Positions 10,803-19,119 of a stretch of DNA of 64,000 bases are shown here, one piece after another. Under the pieces are notes generated by a model. It made no database searches. It had not been told where the DNA came from and saw only the letters and a program-made list of their open reading frames with translations. The stretch spans positions 1 through 64,000 of the IMG/VR virus record IMGVR_UViG_3300021400_000612. The stretch is one strand, 5' to 3'. The DNA comes from a virus. Taxonomy: Duplodnaviria > Caudoviricetes. Within the stretch, counting starts at the first letter, position 1. Every line of letters starts with the position of its first letter. Position numbers and translations under genes: made by a program.

Positions 10803-10867
10803 TTTACAACAAATTTTAAAATTAATATTAAGTTTATAAGCTCCCCTGTAGAGGAAATTGTGAATTG

Positions 10868-10938
10868 TTACCCTAACTGGACTCGAACCAGTACTAACAG
10901 AACCAAAACCTGTTGTGCTACCATTACACCATAGGGCA
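10868..10938 (-). tRNA. tRNA-Gln(TTG)
   Basis: Acceptor TGCCCTA/TAGGGTA; anticodon arm ACAGG-TTTTGGT-TCTGT; T-loop GGTTCGAGTCC; no encoded CCA. Confidence 0.92.
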
Positions 10939-10946
10939 ATACCAGA

Positions 10947-11168
10947 TTATTCTTCTTGAACAGTATCTATAATAATAGTAGGTTCAGAACAATCGTAATC
11001 TAACTTATCGATTATAGTACATACGCATCTAGCATTATCATATAATACATCATTAAACTTATCAAAATCTTTAAATAGTTTAATGGCTTCTTCTCTATTA
11101 TTAGCTGCAATTATAGCACAGCCATAAGAGTGTTCAGTAGTTGGAATTATTTTATATACTTTCATCAT
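10947..11168 (-). CDS. small hypothetical protein
   Basis: 73-aa ORF. Confidence 0.55.
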   Translation of the reverse strand: MMKVYKIIPTTEHSYGCAIIAANNREEAIKLFKDFDKFNDVLYDNARCVCTIIDKLDYDCSEPTIIIDTVQEE

Positions 11169-11301
11169 ATCTTTCTTTAGGAATTAAACGTACATCTTTA
11201 TCTACATCATAATATGATTCTTCTAAAAACCAATCTTCAGCCATATATTTTTGATAATCAGGCCAAGGAAGAGCAACATAAGTTTTAATATTTTCAGGCA
11301 T
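11152..11301 (-). CDS. small hypothetical protein (49 aa)
   Basis: Hand translation MPENIKTYVALPWPDYQKYMAEDWF...; overlaps the next gene start. Confidence 0.55.
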   Translation of the reverse strand: MPENIKTYVALPWPDYQKYMAEDWFLEESYYDVDKDVRLIPKERYDESI

Positions 11302-11332
11302 AATATCTAAGTTTAAGTTATTCTACATTTTG

Positions 11333-11428
11333 AAATTCGATTTCGGATTGCCTACATAGTCAGCTTAATAATTAATCATCAGAGATATTTGAAATTAACA
11401 TAAGCCACAATAGGCACTAAATAGAGGA
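11333..11428. repeat. 96-bp dispersed element, copy A
   Basis: AAATTCGATTT...ATAGT...ATC...ATATTT...AAATAGAGGA; same length and boxes as copies at 29320 and 42805. Confidence 0.7.
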
Positions 11429-11430
11429 TT

Positions 11431-11775
11431 TTATGCAGTTATAACTATCTTATTATCTGTTGTGAAGGCTGCTTTTTCAGACATACCAAGTTTTTGAGCA
11501 ATAATATTAAAATGATTAGTTTCATATTTAAGACTATCAATATCAGTATAATGACTCATATTCTTGATATAATCATCAACACAATCTTTACACATAACTT
11601 CGTTAATACCTGCAATATAATAAATGTCTTTATGTTCTATTTGAGAGTTACAACCTCCACAAATTATAGCATTAAGACAACCAGTAACTTCGATACCGAA
11701 ACCAAGTCCAGATGCTTCTGCACCATTTATCTCAATAACGAGAAAGTTTTTATCGTTTGTATATACTTTAGCCAT
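11431..11775 (-). CDS. hypothetical Zn-binding protein
   Basis: CGGC...CKDC; start MAKVYTND. Confidence 0.6.
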   Translation of the reverse strand: MAKVYTNDKNFLVIEINGAEASGLGFGIEVTGCLNAIICGGCNSQIEHKDIYYIAGINEVMCKDCVDDYIKNMSHYTDIDSLKYETNHFNIIAQKLGMSEKAAFTTDNKIVITA

Positions 11776-11789
11776 AATAATCAATTTTA

Positions 11790-11826
11790 AAATAAAAGAC
11801 ACTCCTACTCTCACGAGCAAGAGTGC
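11790..11826 (-). terminator. intrinsic terminator
   Basis: GCACTCTTGCTC-GTGA-GAGTAGGAGTGT followed by CTTTTATTTT. Confidence 0.8.
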
Positions 11827-11867
11827 CATCATCTTCAATAACCGTATTAATCTTTACAACTATGTGG

Positions 11868-12281
11868 TTAAATAATTGCAATAGAAATCGCAATAACCGC
11901 AATAACAGTCATAACATAAGTAGCAACTTTCCACATACCAAGTTTACCAGTAAGAGTAATAGCTTTCTTATTCTCTTTTGTGAAAAGGTCTCTAGCATTG
12001 TTATAGTCTAAAGTAATAGCATCATTCTTTTCTTGAAGAGTCTTAACTTTGTCTTTATAAGATTCAAGAGCTTGCCTAGTTCCTTCCATATCCTTATCAA
12101 AGTTATTAACTCTTGTAGAAAGTGCATTAATTTCACTTTTGAGATTTACAATCTGATTATTCAGATTACGTTCAACCTTATCCTTCTTAAGAATAATCTG
12201 GATAAGTTCATCACTACTCTTTTTGCCAAGTTTTGTTTGACGAGCTTTAACTTGACTAAGCTCTTTACTACTTTTTACCAT
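11868..12281 (-). CDS. coiled-coil protein with C-terminal TM helix
   Basis: Heptad-rich body; hydrophobic tail VATYVMTVIAVIAISIAII. Confidence 0.65.
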   Translation of the reverse strand: MVKSSKELSQVKARQTKLGKKSSDELIQIILKKDKVERNLNNQIVNLKSEINALSTRVNNFDKDMEGTRQALESYKDKVKTLQEKNDAITLDYNNARDLFTKENKKAITLTGKLGMWKVATYVMTVIAVIAISIAII

Positions 12282-12340
12282 AGTTTTAAAACGTTTTAAA
12301 TTAATAATCACGCCTGTTGTCACAGGACTTTTCTTAATTG

Positions 12341-12412
12341 TACTCTCAACGAGAATCGAACTCGTATGCCAAGAATGAAAATCTTGTATCCTAACCATTA
12401 GATGATGAGAGC
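12341..12412 (-). tRNA. tRNA-Glu(TTC)
   Basis: GCTCTCA/TGAGAGT acceptor; CAAGA-TTTTCAT-TCTTG anticodon arm; GTTCGATTC. Confidence 0.92.
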
Positions 12413-12489
12413 AAATAATACTACTATTATCACTAACCGTAGTATTATAGAATTCAATAATTTCGGATGTAAAAAATATTATTACGTCG

Positions 12490-12563
12490 TGAACTTGAAG
12501 AGAGTCGAACTCTTAACCTACAGATTAGAAATCTGTTGCTCTATCCTATTGAGCTACAAGTCC
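12490..12563 (-). tRNA. tRNA-Arg(TCT)
   Basis: GGACTTG/CAAGTTC acceptor; ACAGA-TTTCTAA-TCTGT anticodon arm; GTTCGACTC. Confidence 0.93.
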
Positions 12564-12643
12564 AGGTGGAGGAGATTTAATATTGGCGATATTAGCAGTG
12601 CCACTGGCATAACTCTTAACACATTTGGTACTCCTCCTAAGAG

Positions 12644-12766
12644 TTATTCAAATTCTATATCACAATCATCATCGTCTTCGACCATTTTAGTACCATAAAG
12701 GTCTATATCATCAAAGTCTTGATTAACTGTTTCAAAGTCCATTTCAGCAACATATTCTTCTTCCAT
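12644..12766 (-). CDS. 40-aa highly acidic micro-protein
   Basis: MEEEYVAEMDFETVNQDFDDIDLYGTKMVEDDDDCDIEFE; promoter 31 nt upstream. Confidence 0.6.
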   Translation of the reverse strand: MEEEYVAEMDFETVNQDFDDIDLYGTKMVEDDDDCDIEFE

Positions 12767-12796
12767 ACCGATATAATTTAATATAATGTACGGGTA

Positions 12797-12804
12797 CAAA
12801 TATA
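12797..12804 (-). promoter_or_regulatory. Bacteroidota -7 element (TATATTTG)
   Basis: TAnnTTTG upstream of the acidic ORF and tRNA pair. Confidence 0.6.
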
Positions 12805-12847
12805 ATAAATAATACCGATATAGAAGAAGAATTTGCAGATATTTAAC

Positions 12848-13246
12848 CTACTTTAAGATTTCGGGAGTGTCAATGAAATTGATGTCAGTATAAGTAGTAA
12901 TATAACTAACATCATCTCTATCTTCGTTAATTTTTTCGATAAATTCGTATTTAAATCTAACTGTACAGTCTATATTATCCACTGACCCAATACTAATATT
13001 TTTAATATTATATCTATTGATGTTAGACATAATACGTTCAGGATGTTTTTCAATAAATTCAAGATTTACTTTTTCTGGAGTTATAAAAGCATTTTTATCA
13101 AGAAGTATATCAATAATATGACCAGCTTTGTTATCATTATAATCATAATTGTTACCAATATGTTCGACTAATGCTTTCAGAACTAAATCTTTAGTTTCTT
13201 TTGTAGCAGCCATAAGAACTGCATTGAAAATCTTTGGATTAATCAT
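12848..13246 (-). CDS. hypothetical protein
   Basis: 132-aa ORF. Confidence 0.6.
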   Translation of the reverse strand: MINPKIFNAVLMAATKETKDLVLKALVEHIGNNYDYNDNKAGHIIDILLDKNAFITPEKVNLEFIEKHPERIMSNINRYNIKNISIGSVDNIDCTVRFKYEFIEKINEDRDDVSYITTYTDINFIDTPEILK

Positions 13247-13248
13247 AA

Positions 13249-13578
13249 TTACTTTCCTTTCTTACCTTTATATTCTATATTAAGTTCTTTACAAATTTGT
13301 TGAGAGATTTCAGGACCAAGATAATTCCTATATTCTTTTCCAGTTTTAGCACTTACTTTTATTACAAAGCAAGAACCATTACTAGAAATATATACAGGGT
13401 ATTCTTTACCTTTTCTGTCTTTCCAAGTAAACTTTGTCTTAACAGGTTCAGTTTTAACTCGCTCCCCCGTAGAAGAAATGAATGTGTTGCCACTACGAGT
13501 ATAAGTCTGAGCATTAGTTACACAAGCAGCTGCCAATATAAATAGCAGCATTACCAATAATCGTCTTATTTTAATCAT
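13249..13578 (-). CDS. secreted/periplasmic hypothetical protein
   Basis: Signal-peptide-like MIKIRRLLVMLLFILAAACVTNAQ. Confidence 0.6.
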   Translation of the reverse strand: MIKIRRLLVMLLFILAAACVTNAQTYTRSGNTFISSTGERVKTEPVKTKFTWKDRKGKEYPVYISSNGSCFVIKVSAKTGKEYRNYLGPEISQQICKELNIEYKGKKGK

Positions 13579-13705
13579 AAACTTTATCGTAATTAATAGG
13601 TTTGTATAATTTATCACTAAGAACTTGTAGTTCAATTCTTTCATACTCTGTAAGAGCATCTTTAGATTTTAGAGCGTTAATACGTTCAGCTTGTTCTTTA
13701 CTCAT
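13571..13705 (-). CDS. small hypothetical protein (44 aa)
   Basis: MSKEQAERINALKSKD...; coupled start/stop overlaps on both sides. Confidence 0.45.
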   Translation of the reverse strand: MSKEQAERINALKSKDALTEYERIELQVLSDKLYKPINYDKVYD

Positions 13706-13854
13706 ATGCTTATCCTTTTAGGAGTACCACACATATTGTGCTTTTTAAAGTTAAGAATGGCAAGAGCATAAGCTTTTCTTTCACTAGTTGTGCTAACAGT
13801 AAGAGGATGAGTTAATTTATCCTTCTTGTTACTACTTTCATAAAAATAAATCAT
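13702..13854 (-). CDS. small hypothetical protein (50 aa)
   Basis: MIYFYESSNKKDKL...; leader TTTACAGCT-ATG. Confidence 0.45.
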   Translation of the reverse strand: MIYFYESSNKKDKLTHPLTVSTTSERKAYALAILNFKKHNMCGTPKRISI

Positions 13855-14007
13855 AGCTGTAAATTTTAAGTTGTTTTTATTAAAGATTTTGTTTTATTAA
13901 ACTTAGAAGATGTATATCGCAACAACAAAGATAAAGTAGATAATCTAAATCATCCTTGCTGCTGCGACTGTTACATATAATTCTTTCTACAGGCGTGCTG
14001 ATACTAA

Positions 14008-14145
14008 TCACATAACTTTCATTATATACTTAGCATCTTGCTTTTCTCTTTCTGTTCCTGTTGATAGAATATCATCATATATAGTTTTAGCTTCTTTATA
14101 TGCGTCACCAGCTAATGCTGATACTAATTGTGAAATTTTGCTCAT
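14008..14145 (-). CDS. small hypothetical protein (45 aa)
   Basis: MSKISQLV...; leader TTTACAACT-ATG. Confidence 0.55.
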   Translation of the reverse strand: MSKISQLVSALAGDAYKEAKTIYDDILSTGTEREKQDAKYIMKVM

Positions 14146-14247
14146 AGTTGTAAAGTGTTTAATTGTTATAAAGTTGAATGTGATGATAATAACACACCCG
14201 CAGATTAGCAATGCTATGTTCTTCTCTACGGGCGTGCTAGTATAATA

Positions 14248-14460
14248 TTATTTATTTAATTCATTTAATATTATGTTAAAGAAAGGTGATACATTTATTC
14301 CAACCTTTTTTATTGCTATAGATATAGCTTTTCTATATCTTTTATCTGCTTCTTCTATACCATCTAAATATGCTTGTCCTATTGTATTAGGAAGTTCTGA
14401 TAATGTTAATTTATCTGGTGTTATAGATTCAAGATACTGTTCTTTTGTTAAATGTTTCAT
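14248..14460 (-). CDS. small hypothetical protein
   Basis: 70 aa; leader TTTACAATT-ATG. Confidence 0.6.
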   Translation of the reverse strand: MKHLTKEQYLESITPDKLTLSELPNTIGQAYLDGIEEADKRYRKAISIAIKKVGINVSPFFNIILNELNK

Positions 14461-14712
14461 AATTGTAAAGTTTTAATTGTTATTGAATTGAAGATGATAA
14501 AGAACATAATCTTTTATACTCAACCAAGTTTAGAGAGTTGGCATTATTTGAGTAATATTATTATAATAAAGATAATGTTCTTATAAATAGTGAATCAAGT
14601 GCTAAATAATAGCACAGACGAGAGAATAAAGATGTAAATGAGAGTAAATGAGAGAGAAATAGTGAGAATAGGCATTATTAAATTAAGAAAAGATGAAAGA
14701 GGTGCTGAGAGT

Positions 14713-14914
14713 TTGTGCAAAAGAGTGTGCAATGGAACTGCCCCACATAACCATACTTATCCTCATACTTCCTCTAATACTCCACATTTTGCACAACAAT
14801 TTGCACAACTTACTCTTAATTTGCATTTATGTGCAACACAATGCGCAAACAAACTGGAAATCATACTATTACTTTTACATAAGTATGCAATCGTTTGCAC
14901 AAAGTATTGCACTA
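14713..14914. repeat. cluster of TTTGCACAA/TGTGCAA short repeats (iteron-like)
   Basis: TTTGCACAA at 14788, 14800, 14894 and inverted at 14713; TGTGCAA at 14726 and 14830; further TGCA words at 14820, 14885 and 14907. Confidence 0.5.
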
Positions 14915-15055
14915 AATGCTCACCTAAACACTAAAACAACTATTCTCTATTATTTTCAAATAACATATAGTCACACATATCATCACGCAGATTCTCGTCG
15001 TATTGAATGCCATTATCTTGCTCTATTTCAGAGCAAAGTTCTTCATAATACTTAT

Positions 15056-15241
15056 TCATAATTTCCAAGATATTTTAGTTTGTTCTTTCATTGTAAAAAC
15101 TGATACAATTATTAATACTGTTTCAATAAAATTCCACTTAAAACTTCCATAATCTAGAGAATCAGTATTCCAAATTAACAATAGTGCCCCTGCTAATGAG
15201 CAGAAAGATACTATTAATAGTTCTAATTTTATTAAATTCAT
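15056..15241 (-). CDS. small two-TM membrane protein
   Basis: 61 aa, two hydrophobic segments; leader TTTACAACT-ATG. Confidence 0.55.
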   Translation of the reverse strand: MNLIKLELLIVSFCSLAGALLLIWNTDSLDYGSFKWNFIETVLIIVSVFTMKEQTKISWKL

Positions 15242-15321
15242 AGTTGTAAATGTTTAAATTGTTATTGTTATATTGTTATTGTTATATTGGCATTATATAT
15301 TTATATATATAAAGAGAACTG

Positions 15322-15346
15322 TAACTAACTGATAATCAAATAGTTA
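15322..15346. promoter_or_regulatory. palindromic putative protein-binding site
   Basis: TAACTA-ACTGATAATCAAA-TAGTTA between divergent genes. Confidence 0.45.
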
Positions 15347-15432
15347 TAGTCATTTCGGGAGTGCCTGAGAAAAAGAATTTTATTTTTAACGTACTTTATA
15401 TATAAAAATTTTCTAATATGCTGAAATTTTTT

Positions 15433-15440
15433 TATTTTTG
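15433..15440 (+). promoter_or_regulatory. Bacteroidota -7 element (TATTTTTG)
   Basis: TAnnTTTG 25 nt before ATG 15466. Confidence 0.5.
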
Positions 15441-15465
15441 TACTATATTTCCTAAAGATACTGTT

Positions 15466-15942
15466 ATGATTGAAACTGAATTAAAAGAAAAAATTAGTAA
15501 TCGCTTTATAGCTAAAGCTAAAAAGATTAATTGTGACATTAAACTAGAAGATGGAACTACTATAAAATCTTATTATTATAGTAATGGTTTATCATCTAGT
15601 ATTAGTCCTAAATTAAGACAATTACTTTATTGTCCTCCTAATGATTGGTCTGCTTTTGCAACTAGAATTTTATTTTATCTTCAGGATAAAATGACTTTCT
15701 CTTCTAATGTTGTTATTACAACTAGAAGTGAAATAATGTTTAATTGCAAAATAAAATCTACTAAAAGTTATTATGAAGGAATTGATACTCTTGTTAATTA
15801 TGAAATATTAGATGTTAGAAAAAATAAATATGTAACAAATCCTAATTTCATAATAACTGGTAATTTAACTGAATTTATTGATAACTATAATAAACTTTAT
15901 AACAATGAAACAGAAGATAATGAAAACTCCATTTGCTATTAA
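15466..15942 (+). CDS. RepL-like winged-HTH protein 1
   Basis: SYYEGIDTLVNYEILDVRKNKYVTNPNFIITG resembles the RepL wHTH C-terminus; start moved to MIETELK. Confidence 0.55.
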   Translation: MIETELKEKISNRFIAKAKKINCDIKLEDGTTIKSYYYSNGLSSSISPKLRQLLYCPPNDWSAFATRILFYLQDKMTFSSNVVITTRSEIMFNCKIKSTKSYYEGIDTLVNYEILDVRKNKYVTNPNFIITGNLTEFIDNYNKLYNNETEDNENSICY

Positions 15943-16348
15943 TCCAAAAATTAAAGCACCTATAGTTTATACTTTTGCAAGCGACCAAGTTGGAGATAAA
16001 ATATATAAAAGAAATGATAATGGTCTTACAGTTGATATACATAAATATTTTAATATTATTTTAGCATTTCAATCTAATGTTAAACCTACTACATTTAGAT
16101 TTTTTATTTATATAACTTATTTATGCTCAGATAATTCTAATGTTATAACTATTTCACCTAAAACTACTATGAGTAAAATGAATATTTGTTTATCTGCATT
16201 TCGTAATAGTATTGATGAATTAGTTAAATATAATATTATAGCTAAAACTAATATAAGAAATACTTATATAATTAATCATAGAATACTTTTTAATAGCGAT
16301 TTATCTAAATTCTATAAAGATTATAAAAAACTTTATGAAAATGAATAA
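15920..16348 (+). CDS. RepL-like winged-HTH protein 2
   Basis: SAFRNSIDELVKYNIIAKTNIRNTYIINHRILFNS; similar to the preceding gene. Confidence 0.55.
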   Translation: MKTPFAINPKIKAPIVYTFASDQVGDKIYKRNDNGLTVDIHKYFNIILAFQSNVKPTTFRFFIYITYLCSDNSNVITISPKTTMSKMNICLSAFRNSIDELVKYNIIAKTNIRNTYIINHRILFNSDLSKFYKDYKKLYENE

Positions 16349-16579
16349 TAGTATAAACACTTATAAGAAAGTTTGCTTATCTGATTTGTTTTCATTACCA
16401 TCAAAATTTGGTTCTTTGATTTCGGTAGAAGTTGGTTCTTTGATATGTTAGGCTGGCAAGGCAAAACTAACTGCAAATGAAGCATCAGAGTAATTAAAAT
16501 CGAGGGAATCACTGCCAATAGAGTAATTCCCTTGAAGATTGTCTGTGGCATCACAATGGACACCACAGACAATAAGAGA

Positions 16580-16969
16580 TTAGAAGCCAAGAGCACGGTC
16601 AAGACGAGCAGCTACTCTATCATCGAGCTTGAGGCTCTTGATAGTCTTTACATAACCAGTGTTCTCGTAGCGATAGCCATCAACTTCCTCGTTCTCTGTA
16701 ACGAACTTGAAATCAACACTAATAGTAGCACCAGTAAGGAGTTTAATCCAATCCTCACCTGACAAGTGCTGACCACGCAAAGAACGAAGTTCAGCAATGT
16801 CAGCATTAAGAGGATAAGTCTGACGAGCAAGGTCAGCATAAGACATTGAGAATGAAGTATCCTCAGTCTGAACCATTGCACCATTCTCATCTGCTTTGTA
16901 AGCAGGAACGTTTTCATTAACGTTAAAGAGAACTGACTCATCGAACGCAATAACTGATAAAATCTTCAT
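16580..16969 (-). CDS. hypothetical protein (129 aa), probably highly expressed
   Basis: Start MKILSVIAF after leader TTTACAACT; higher GC and codon usage like capsid/SSB. Confidence 0.7.
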   Translation of the reverse strand: MKILSVIAFDESVLFNVNENVPAYKADENGAMVQTEDTSFSMSYADLARQTYPLNADIAELRSLRGQHLSGEDWIKLLTGATISVDFKFVTENEEVDGYRYENTGYVKTIKSLKLDDRVAARLDRALGF

Positions 16970-17748
16970 AGTTGTAAACCGAGCAAAGTGTCCTCGGTAA
17001 GGCTCAATATTATTAATAATACGAACAACGTGAGCGACATTATTCGTAACACAAAGTTTTCTCTGTGCAAAAATTGGTTCTTTGATAATATTAGGTTTGG
17101 TTTTTGAAAAAGTAGCCTGGGGGGCATTCAAGTTGGCTTAAGAGTGGAGGGGAGCTCTGTCAATAGGTTCACCTTTACACCTATACATTCTACTTTTGCC
17201 TTCATTACATCTAATCCTAAATTCATCTCCTTTACTTGATTAGCTATTATCTTAACTCTAAGCTTCACTCTCTTACCTATACATAGCATTTTCTCCAATT
17301 TTGTTCTAACACCAAAAAGTCCATTAGTAGCTGATTAACTTTCAGTATTGTTTTTATCTCTTCCTTAATTTATAAATTCATCTCTATTACATAAGTGAAA
17401 TATAGCACTTTTATTATCCCCCTCTTACACTTATATACTCCACTTTTTCCACTTTTACCTCTATCTTAATCAACTAAATTATCATCGTCTAATTCTCAAC
17501 ATCACCTGATTAGTTATAAGCATTTTCTTCTTCACTCTTCTTATTATAATCTTTTACTTTATCAAGTTGTCATATCAAATTTTCTAACATTAGCTCTAAG
17601 CACTTCTCTAATCTTCTTCTTAAAAATTCTCACTTCAATCTTTCTAAGCTCTTACTTAATTTTACTCTAATCTTTATAATCTTCAATTCCATTATCATAA
17701 TCATATAATAAAATCTTCAATAAAATTAATTATCTCTAACTATAACAC

Positions 17749-17782
17749 AAAAATAAAAGCTAAGACTTTCACAAGCCTCAGC
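17749..17782 (-). terminator. intrinsic terminator
   Basis: GCTGAGGCTT-GTGA-AAGTCTTAGC followed by TTTTATTTTT. Confidence 0.8.
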
Positions 17783-17977
17783 TTCACAACCATGAAAACC
17801 GAACTAATTATCTATTAACCTATCGCAAACAAGACCGCTGTCTAACCAATAACTAAAAACCTAAAACTATGAATTACTACTAAAACAATTTAATACTATA
17901 AAAAGGTTAATAAGATAATTATTTTTAAATGTTACGCTATTATTAAAATTACTATTCACATAAATCTTTTTACCTAT
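17749..17977 (-). ncRNA. candidate ~230-nt small RNA
   Basis: Bounded by a full promoter and a terminator; no ORF seen inside. Confidence 0.35.
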
Positions 17978-17983
17978 TGGCAG

Positions 17984-18015
17984 CAAAGTTACAACAACTT
18001 GAGCAAATTTGCAAA
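17984..18015 (-). promoter_or_regulatory. leftward Bacteroidota promoter
   Basis: TTTG (-33), 20 nt, TAACTTTG (-7). Confidence 0.7.
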
Positions 18016-18295
18016 TTTTTTAAGATTATTTAATAAAATATGTACTTCTATTACTATTTCATCTATTACTTATACTTATAATCCTGATGATATATTACTT
18101 AGATTATACTATTAATAGTACTTATGTTACTCGTGCTTGTAAGCACCCCCGTAGAAGAATTGATGATTAGCTTCAAGCCACTACTCTCTTTATTACTATC
18201 ATTAATACTCTCACTAACTTTACTAATACTATGTTAAGGAATGTTAATTAAAATATGTTAATATTAAAAAATTTCATTATATGGAATATTATGTT

Positions 18296-18303
18296 TATCT
18301 TTG
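18296..18303 (+). promoter_or_regulatory. rightward Bacteroidota -7 element (TATCTTTG)
   Basis: Heads the plus-strand operon. Confidence 0.65.
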
Positions 18304-18345
18304 CCTTAAATAGTGGTCGGAACATTAATTTAAATTATATTTTCT

Positions 18346-18468
18346 ATGATTTATACTCCTTACGGAATAGTTCAGCAAAATTACGATTATCGTCCTTACA
18401 ATGCTGATAACTCTACAAATACTGGCTATAATGTTCCTACACATAATGGTAATAATACAAACGGGTAA
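18346..18468 (+). CDS. 40-aa Asn/Tyr-rich micro-ORF
   Basis: MIYTPYGIVQQNYDYRPYNADNSTNTGYNVPTHNGNNTNG, first ORF after the promoter. Confidence 0.4.
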   Translation: MIYTPYGIVQQNYDYRPYNADNSTNTGYNVPTHNGNNTNG

Positions 18469-18500
18469 ACCCAAATTATTAATTTAAACATTTAAGTAAA

Positions 18501-19043
18501 ATGAAAAATTTCAAAGTTAATGGAGCTTTAGGTGAGTTTGAACTTAGCCTTCCTGAGAGTCTTGAAGAGATTCCTGTTGATTATTTTAAAGAATGTACTG
18601 ATTTTGTACATCCTGCTCCTAATTATGCTTTAGTTGCTATTGTGTATAAGGATTCTCTGAACCTTATTCTTACTGCATCTAAAAAGAACGAAGGTGCTAG
18701 TGTTGCTATTGTTCCTGTTTTTATTAAGTCTGGAACTACAGATTCGGAGTTTGTTAATAGTTTGAATATGGGAGATAAGATTGTTGTTTCTGCCAGCGAC
18801 CTTTCTATTGGTAATCACATCAATTCTCCTTATAATAAAATCACTCCTGATAACATTGTTAGAGTTTGTCAGAATGCAGGTAAGGAATTTTATCAAAGTA
18901 CTCTTGAGTTACATACTCCTATTTGTCTTGTCGAATTTAAGTTAGTTCCTATCGGTGCTATTAAATCTAAACTTGATAAGACTAAGAATAGTTTTGTTAA
19001 TCCTTTTGTTCATAAGGTATTTACTAATGGTGGGGAAGCTTAA
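18501..19043 (+). CDS. conserved hypothetical protein
   Basis: 180-aa ORF. Confidence 0.65.
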   Translation: MKNFKVNGALGEFELSLPESLEEIPVDYFKECTDFVHPAPNYALVAIVYKDSLNLILTASKKNEGASVAIVPVFIKSGTTDSEFVNSLNMGDKIVVSASDLSIGNHINSPYNKITPDNIVRVCQNAGKEFYQSTLELHTPICLVEFKLVPIGAIKSKLDKTKNSFVNPFVHKVFTNGGEA

Positions 19044-19119
19044 TCATCACTTTCTCTACGGGGGTGCTTGTTGAGGTGCTGTCCTTATAAGAACCTCCGT
19101 AGATACTAATAGAAATAAA

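Noticed and set aside
10800-12490. HDV-like (theta) ribozymes after tRNAs
   Set aside because: Could not build the nested double pseudoknot by eye from the 3' flanks; an Infernal/RNArobo search would be decisive.
14638-15061. Plus-strand ORFs of 98 and 122 aa
   Set aside because: Biased composition (His/Cys/Leu) explained by the repeat cluster; no leader or promoter; likely spurious.
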